NCBI GenBank assembly: GCA_043732305.1
Contig: JAYTHU010000120.1
Span: 1-30,937, forward strand
Origin: Oligoflexia bacterium
GTDB taxonomy: Bacteria; Bdellovibrionota; Bdellovibrionia; JABDDW01
Reading direction: 5' to 3'
DNA length: 30,937 nucleotides
Position numbers and translations under genes: made by a program. The notes under the pieces were generated by a model. The model made no database searches and was not told where the DNA came from. It was given only the letters and a program-made list of their open reading frames with translations. The stretch's first letter is position 1; each line of letters starts with the position of its first letter. This document shows, in pieces, positions 25,619-30,937 of this stretch.

Positions 25619-26983
25619 TTAGCGTCTAATTGCTAAAACAATTTGAAGAATAAAAACCGCGGCAAGAATGCCAATGACACCGTACTTGATCATCTTTGAC
25701 CAGGTCGGATAAAGACGAACGCTCACCAAACTTTTTTCATCAATAAAATCTTCTCGTCTGACTTCTTCCGGAACTTTGAACGCGATAAATACCACTACGC
25801 CGAGAGTGACAACAGGCAATAACCAATTGATAATGACCTGGTCAATGATTTCGATCACGCCACGATCACCCAACCTTATGTTGCGCAGCAAACTTCCGCT
25901 AAACGCGGATGCCGTACCCAAAACAAAAGAAATAAAGGCAACCACGTAGGTAGCGAATGGCCTGGAGAATTTATGCTCGTCCATGAAGTAAGCAACGAGA
26001 CCTTCGTAAATAGTGATTGTTCCGCTGAGTGCCGAAAAATAGAGACAAACAAAAAACATGAGTCCAAGCCAATAACCAAAACTCATTTGACCGAACAAAA
26101 CAGGCATTGTTTTAAATAAAAGTTTTGCACCCGTATCGGGATCGACGTGCGCGGTGAAAACAATCGGAAAAATTAAAACGCCAGCGCATAGAGATAAGAT
26201 CGTATCGATGGAAACAACAAAAACCGCTTCACTCGGAATATGCACGTCTTTTTTAAGGTAACTTCCGTAAACGATCATCGCACCAAAACCCAAACTCACA
26301 GTGTAAAGAGAATGCCCAAGAGCTTCAATGACAGAAGTTGCCGTGAGCTTTGAAAAATCGGGGTAAAACAAAAACCGTAAAGCTTCGGTAGCTCCAGGTA
26401 GGAAAAGCGAATGAACGATCATAAATCCTAAAACAACAAACAGAATGGGCATAAATATTTTGGATATGCGCTCTATACCGTCTCGCACACCTTGCGCGAC
26501 GATTGAAGTTGTAGCAATCAAATGCACGGAGGCCAAAGCCATTTGCAAGTAGCCATTGGAACTCAATCGATCGATTAAAAGATCTGGCCGAGCATGTGGC
26601 TCAGTGAATCTTCCCAGAACCGCTTGAATCACAAAATGAATCACCCACCCACTGACGACAGTGTAGTAACTCAAAATGATGAGACTCGCGAGAATTCCCA
26701 GACGTCCAATCCACGCCCATTTTTTGGAACCCTTGACCCAAGGGCTATACTTCATCGCACCGATAATATTTTTTCCGGTGCGTCTACCAATCATGAGTTC
26801 TGCAATTAAAACAGGAAGCGCGATAAGCACGACAAAGAAAACGTAGAGAACCACGAAGGCCCCACCACCGTTGACACCGGTGATGTAGGGAAAGCGCCAT
26901 AAGGTTCCAAGGCCGAAGGCAGAGCCTACAGCGGCCATGTAGAAACCAAATCTAGTGCTAAACGTGGATCTCAGATCTCTCAA
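25619..26983 (-). CDS. Sodium-dependent transporter, NSS/SNF family
   Basis: AAVGSAFGLGTLWRFPY, NGGGAF, GIERISK, FLFYPDFSKL, YGSYL; about 11 TMs. Confidence 0.93.
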   Translation of the reverse strand: MRDLRSTFSTRFGFYMAAVGSAFGLGTLWRFPYITGVNGGGAFVVLYVFFVVLIALPVLIAELMIGRRTGKNIIGAMKYSPWVKGSKKWAWIGRLGILASLIILSYYTVVSGWVIHFVIQAVLGRFTEPHARPDLLIDRLSSNGYLQMALASVHLIATTSIVAQGVRDGIERISKIFMPILFVVLGFMIVHSLFLPGATEALRFLFYPDFSKLTATSVIEALGHSLYTVSLGFGAMIVYGSYLKKDVHIPSEAVFVVSIDTILSLCAGVLIFPIVFTAHVDPDTGAKLLFKTMPVLFGQMSFGYWLGLMFFVCLYFSALSGTITIYEGLVAYFMDEHKFSRPFATYVVAFISFVLGTASAFSGSLLRNIRLGDRGVIEIIDQVIINWLLPVVTLGVVVFIAFKVPEEVRREDFIDEKSLVSVRLYPTWSKMIKYGVIGILAAVFILQIVLAIRR

Positions 26984-28464
26984 TTCATATCACCGTAGTC
27001 ATCACTAAAATCTCCCTCGAAACCTCCGTCAAAATCACCGGCGGAGTTTTTCTTGAGCGTCTTCATATTTTTTCCAGAGAGTCTGGGCATAGCACCATCT
27101 TTAAGCGATTCTTCAATCTTGATGTTGGTGCGCGTGCGCATGCGCTTCTTAGCGTAAAGGCGGACAGGAATTCCCTTGAGTTTAAAATGCTCTTTAATTT
27201 TGTTGATTACAAATCGACGGTAACCATTGTTCAAACCCTTTGGCTCATTCACAAATGTCATAAATGAGGGAGGTTTTTGTCCCGTTTGCGTGATGTAGAA
27301 AAACTTAATGTCATTGCCGCGGAAACTAGGAGCCGGAGCTTGCTTGATAACTTCCAAAAAGAAATCATTGATGACTCTGGTTGAAACTTTGAAGTTCAAA
27401 CATTTCCAGACGTGTTCAATCATGTCAAAAAGTTCGGGGATACCTTTTTTGGTTTTCGCCGAAATGAAAACCATCGGGATATCTCTGAAAAAATGAAAAA
27501 CATCGGCCGTTTGTTGAGTCAGCTTTTTTCTAAATTCGGGAACTTGATTTTGTGCGATGTCCACTTTGTTGATCGCAAGAATGACAGCTTTGTGATTCTC
27601 AAGAGCCAATTCTACAATTCGTGCATCTTGAACCGAGGGCCCGTCCAATCCGTCAATAACCAGAACCAAGACGTCAGACATCCTGACAGTATCTTGAGTT
27701 TTGATCGCAGAGAGCTGCTCCACTTGGTCTAAGCGTTTCGCTCGACGCCTCAATCCCGCAGTGTCGATGAGCACATACTCTTTGTCCCCACGCCAAAACG
27801 GAACTTCGATACTATCGACAGTTGTTCCGGCAATGGGACTCACCACAACGCGCTCTTCGTTTAGAAAAGAGTTCACGAGAGTCGATTTACCGGCATTGGG
27901 TTTTCCAACAATAGCGAGCTTCACCGCCTTGGTGGCCAAATCTTCCATGTTTCGCTCTTGATCTTTGACGGTCCAATCCAAAATGACGTCTAGATTGTGT
28001 TTGTGTTCAAAGCTTGCGGCAACCATGTCGTGATAGCCAAGAATATAAAATTCGCTCAGGGCCAATTCAAAATTCTTAGGTAAATCGATTTTATTAACAA
28101 CTGCGAGGACAGGTTTGTTCAGAGTTTTAACTCTAATTGCGAGATCACGATCCTCTGGATTGAGGCCGTATTTTCCATCCAAAACCAATATGATTTTGTC
28201 CGCAGCAGCGGCAGCTTTCAGAGCCTGTTCTTTGATTTTTTGATTCCAAACTTTTTCCTGACCCTCGGTGATTCCGCCAGTATCATATAAATCGAATGTC
28301 ACTCCACACCAGTCTGATTTACCTTGATGGATGTCACGAGTGACACCAGGCTCATCACGAACGATAGCTTTTCTGGTTCCGGTCAATTGATTGAAGAGAG
28401 TGCTTTTTCCGACGTTAGGACGCCCAATGACGGCCACTTGCAAACGTTTACTTTTGACTGACAT
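26980..28464 (-). CDS. der: Ribosome biogenesis GTPase Der (EngA)
   Basis: Two G domains (GRPNVGKS/DTGG/NKID and GKPNAGKS/DTAG/NKVD) plus KH-like domain; start ATG 28464 after GGAG. Confidence 0.97.
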   Translation of the reverse strand: MSVKSKRLQVAVIGRPNVGKSTLFNQLTGTRKAIVRDEPGVTRDIHQGKSDWCGVTFDLYDTGGITEGQEKVWNQKIKEQALKAAAAADKIILVLDGKYGLNPEDRDLAIRVKTLNKPVLAVVNKIDLPKNFELALSEFYILGYHDMVAASFEHKHNLDVILDWTVKDQERNMEDLATKAVKLAIVGKPNAGKSTLVNSFLNEERVVVSPIAGTTVDSIEVPFWRGDKEYVLIDTAGLRRRAKRLDQVEQLSAIKTQDTVRMSDVLVLVIDGLDGPSVQDARIVELALENHKAVILAINKVDIAQNQVPEFRKKLTQQTADVFHFFRDIPMVFISAKTKKGIPELFDMIEHVWKCLNFKVSTRVINDFFLEVIKQAPAPSFRGNDIKFFYITQTGQKPPSFMTFVNEPKGLNNGYRRFVINKIKEHFKLKGIPVRLYAKKRMRTRTNIKIEESLKDGAMPRLSGKNMKTLKKNSAGDFDGGFEGDFSDDYGDMN

Positions 28465-29329
28465 AACCGAGCTCCTGTAACATGTTGGGATTTTTTGTCC
28501 ATTGGGGCTTGACCACCACATGAAGTTTTAAAAAAACCTGTTGATCAAATGCTTTTTCCATTTCAATTCGCGCTTGAGTTCCAATGGCTTTGAGCATCTG
28601 ACCTTTTTGTCCGATGACCATTCCCTTGTGGCTGTCTCGACTGAGAACAATGTCCGCTTGAATTCTAAAAATCTTCGGATCTTCTTTAAATTCTCGAATG
28701 TTGATTCCAAGACCGTAAGGAATTTCCTCGTGCAATTTTTCAAAACAACTTTTGCGAATCACTTCGCTGGCCATCTCGCGCAAAGTTTGCGTGGTGTAAA
28801 TGTCCATGTCGTAATAAGCAGGCCCCTCAGGCATGTGCTTCAGAATTTCATCGAAAGCGAGTTTCATACTTTCGGGACTTTTACTGCTGGTAGGAAAAAT
28901 ATCTTTGTCCGACCATTTTTTCCAAAGATTTAGATCAACACCTTTGTCAAATTGAGTGGCCAAATACAAAACTGGAATTTTCATATTTTCTGTCATGGCA
29001 ACGGCCCACGGTTTTTGATCGCCTTTCATTTCCCAAGGGGAAATAGCCGCGACTATCAAACTGATTCCTTTCAGCGCTTCATCAAGTTCGTGCTTCAAAT
29101 AGGGATTGAGGCCTTGAGAATCGTCGGTGAATCCGGGAGTATCGATAAAGATGACTTGATATTCATCGTCAATGGCTGCAATTCCGGTGGTGCGCTTGCG
29201 AGTGGTTTGCGGTTTGGATGTGACAATACTCACATCCTCATGCACCCAAGCATTTACGAGAGTGCTCTTCCCAGCGTTCGGAAGGCCAATGACTGAAACA
29301 AATCCTGACTTAAACATTCTGTTCTCCAT
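28448..29329 (-). CDS. era: GTPase Era
   Basis: KSGFVSVIGLPNAGKST, KPQTTR, DTPG, EEIPY, KH motif VIGQKGQMLK; between rnc and der. Confidence 0.96.
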   Translation of the reverse strand: MENRMFKSGFVSVIGLPNAGKSTLVNAWVHEDVSIVTSKPQTTRKRTTGIAAIDDEYQVIFIDTPGFTDDSQGLNPYLKHELDEALKGISLIVAAISPWEMKGDQKPWAVAMTENMKIPVLYLATQFDKGVDLNLWKKWSDKDIFPTSSKSPESMKLAFDEILKHMPEGPAYYDMDIYTTQTLREMASEVIRKSCFEKLHEEIPYGLGINIREFKEDPKIFRIQADIVLSRDSHKGMVIGQKGQMLKAIGTQARIEMEKAFDQQVFLKLHVVVKPQWTKNPNMLQELGYVSQK

Positions 29330-30020
29330 GAGTTTGGGGCGAGTTCGTTAATGAGTTTTCGGTAGCTTGTTTAGCGGCGTCCTGTTCGGCTTCTTTTCTA
29401 CTTTTGCCAATTCCTGATCCAAGTTTTATCTCGCCAATATAAACGCTGACGTAGAAAATCTTTTGATGATCGGGACCTTCGGAATTATCCAACTTGTAGA
29501 TTGGTGCCAATTTGTTTTCTGCCTGCCATCGCTCTTGAAGTTCCGATTTATAATCAACATTTGCGACGAGGTTTTCAGTGACAAATCTTTCGATCACCGA
29601 AGCTGCGGCTTCAAACCCGCGATCTAAAAAAACCGCGCCCCACACAGCTTCAAGTGCGGAGGATAAAATTGAATCTTTGGAAGCGCCATTTGTACGCTCT
29701 TCGCCCTTACCAAGTGCAATATATTCGGCAAGATTAATTTGTCTGGCGACTGAGGCCAAAGATTTTTCATTCACGAGTGCCGCGCGCCGTTTCGATAGTT
29801 CGCCTTCAGAAGCTTGCGGATCTTTCATAAGATTTTTAGTGATCACGAGATCCAAAACCGCATCGCCCAAAAACTCTAAACGTTCGTTATAATGACTTGG
29901 ATCGGAGCCGACACTGTTTTCAAACGCATATGATTTATGAGTAAGTGCTTGTTTAAGGAGCTGACTATCGTGAAATTGATAGCCGATGGCGTTTTGAAAT
30001 TCTAATAGCTTAGCGTTCAT
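29310..30020 (-). CDS. rnc: Ribonuclease III
   Basis: ALTHKS, NERLEFLGDAVL signature, dsRBD DYKSELQE...GPDH...KEAEQDAA. Confidence 0.98.
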   Translation of the reverse strand: MNAKLLEFQNAIGYQFHDSQLLKQALTHKSYAFENSVGSDPSHYNERLEFLGDAVLDLVITKNLMKDPQASEGELSKRRAALVNEKSLASVARQINLAEYIALGKGEERTNGASKDSILSSALEAVWGAVFLDRGFEAAASVIERFVTENLVANVDYKSELQERWQAENKLAPIYKLDNSEGPDHQKIFYVSVYIGEIKLGSGIGKSRKEAEQDAAKQATENSLTNSPQTHGEQNV

Positions 30021-30190
30021 TCGTACTTAATAACCTTCTAGGTGATCTTGAGCCCTTTAGGGGCATCAACTGTAAATTCTAAAAAGACACTATATCAATT
30101 TATGTGCCATGTCTATAGGCAGGGCTTGGGCTCTTTTGAGCACATGGGTCAATAACCTTGGCTCGTCGACTTTCTCAACTCTGCAATAAT

Positions 30191-30937
30191 TTAATTTGTT
30201 ATCCAGCCGCCACCGCAAAGAAGATCGCCTTTGTAAAACACGGCGGCTTGCCCGGGGGAAATGGCTCTCTGAGGAGTATCGATAAATTCTACTTTCAGTT
30301 GTGCGGCAAGCTTTGATCCATTGCTGTCGGTCAAAGAAGGCAGAAATGAAATTCTAGCTTTAGCACCCTTATGATGAGACCTAATTTTAACATCAAAGAG
30401 TGAATCCGATTCAGATTCGAGATCAGGTTTCATCATCCAATTGATATTTTTAACTTTGAGTTCGCTTGAATAAAGCATGGACTCAGGCCCAAGATAAACA
30501 CGATTTGTTTTAGTGTCGATTTTAATCACATGCAAAGGTTCCGCATGTGAAATTCCCAAACCTTTGCGTTGGCCGACTGTGAAATTATGAACTCCGTTGT
30601 GTCGACCAAGAACGTTTTCTTCGGGCAACAAAACCATATCACCATCAGCTAAAAGATCTTTTCCAACTCGCGATTCAATAAATTTTGAATATCCCGCATT
30701 TGAAACGAAGCAAATTTCTTGAGAATCTTTTTTGCGACTATTAGCAAGACCCATGCGATCGCCATGCTTTCGCACTTCTTCTTTTGTCATATCGCCAACG
30801 GGAAATAAAAGATGAGGAAGAATTTCTTTTTTCAAAGTGAAAAGAAAGTAGCTCTGATCTTTAAATGGATCTTCGCCCTTGATCAATTGCTCGCCATTGG
30901 AGCGAACGTAATGTCCGGTCGCTAAAAAATCGCAACC
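30191..30937 (-). CDS. mnmA: tRNA-specific 2-thiouridylase MnmA, 5'-truncated by the window edge
   Basis: Frame is open to the window end: GCDFLATGHY, KDQSYFL, KKDSQEICF, TVGQRKGLG, PGQAAVFY. Confidence 0.97.
   Translation of the reverse strand, partial: GCDFLATGHYVRSNGEQLIKGEDPFKDQSYFLFTLKKEILPHLLFPVGDMTKEEVRKHGDRMGLANSRKKDSQEICFVSNAGYSKFIESRVGKDLLADGDMVLLPEENVLGRHNGVHNFTVGQRKGLGISHAEPLHVIKIDTKTNRVYLGPESMLYSSELKVKNINWMMKPDLESESDSLFDVKIRSHHKGAKARISFLPSLTDSNGSKLAAQLKVEFIDTPQRAISPGQAAVFYKGDLLCGGGWITN

Noticed and set aside
485..29892. Numerous short ORFs overlapping or antisense to well-supported genes (e.g. 485..730, 2825..3145, 13806..14231, 28541..28933, 29578..29892)
   Set aside because: Shadow frames of real genes, with no motifs or RBS.
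1..30937. CRISPR array, rRNA, IS transposase, prophage structural genes
   Set aside because: No regularly spaced direct repeats, rRNA signatures, or transposase/phage motifs seen.

Overview
Bacterial chromosomal segment, most likely Bdellovibrionota (inferred from protein style and gene content; no marker gene here proves it). Three parts. (1) About 1-8900 is an accessory island. It has a 44-bp perfect palindrome, then a lipid-metabolite cluster: a ThiF adenylyltransferase, a FeeM-like N-acyltransferase fused to a PilZ domain, a divergently transcribed nitroreductase-like oxidase, and a LolA-like/ABC/outer-membrane-barrel operon. This looks like a split, possibly c-di-GMP-gated relative of the OxzAB oxazolone synthetase with its own exporter. 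The island ends in a decayed recombination module: a 50-bp attP-like dyad built around a tRNA-like CTCCACCA, an HTH+Recombinase-domain gene that starts in that site and carries one nonsense codon, and an 18-nt tRNA-Ala/tmRNA 3' fragment. (2) About 9100-19510 holds a signal-peptide J-domain protein and a porin-kdpFABC-kdpDE potassium operon; kdpF is missing from the ORF track. (3) About 19600-30937 is housekeeping: radical SAM protein, GNAT, YoaK-like protein, Tag glycosylase, beta-carbonic anhydrase, two outer-membrane barrels, an NSS-family transporter, der, era, rnc and a partial mnmA. All calls are by-eye motif recognition; no searches were run.
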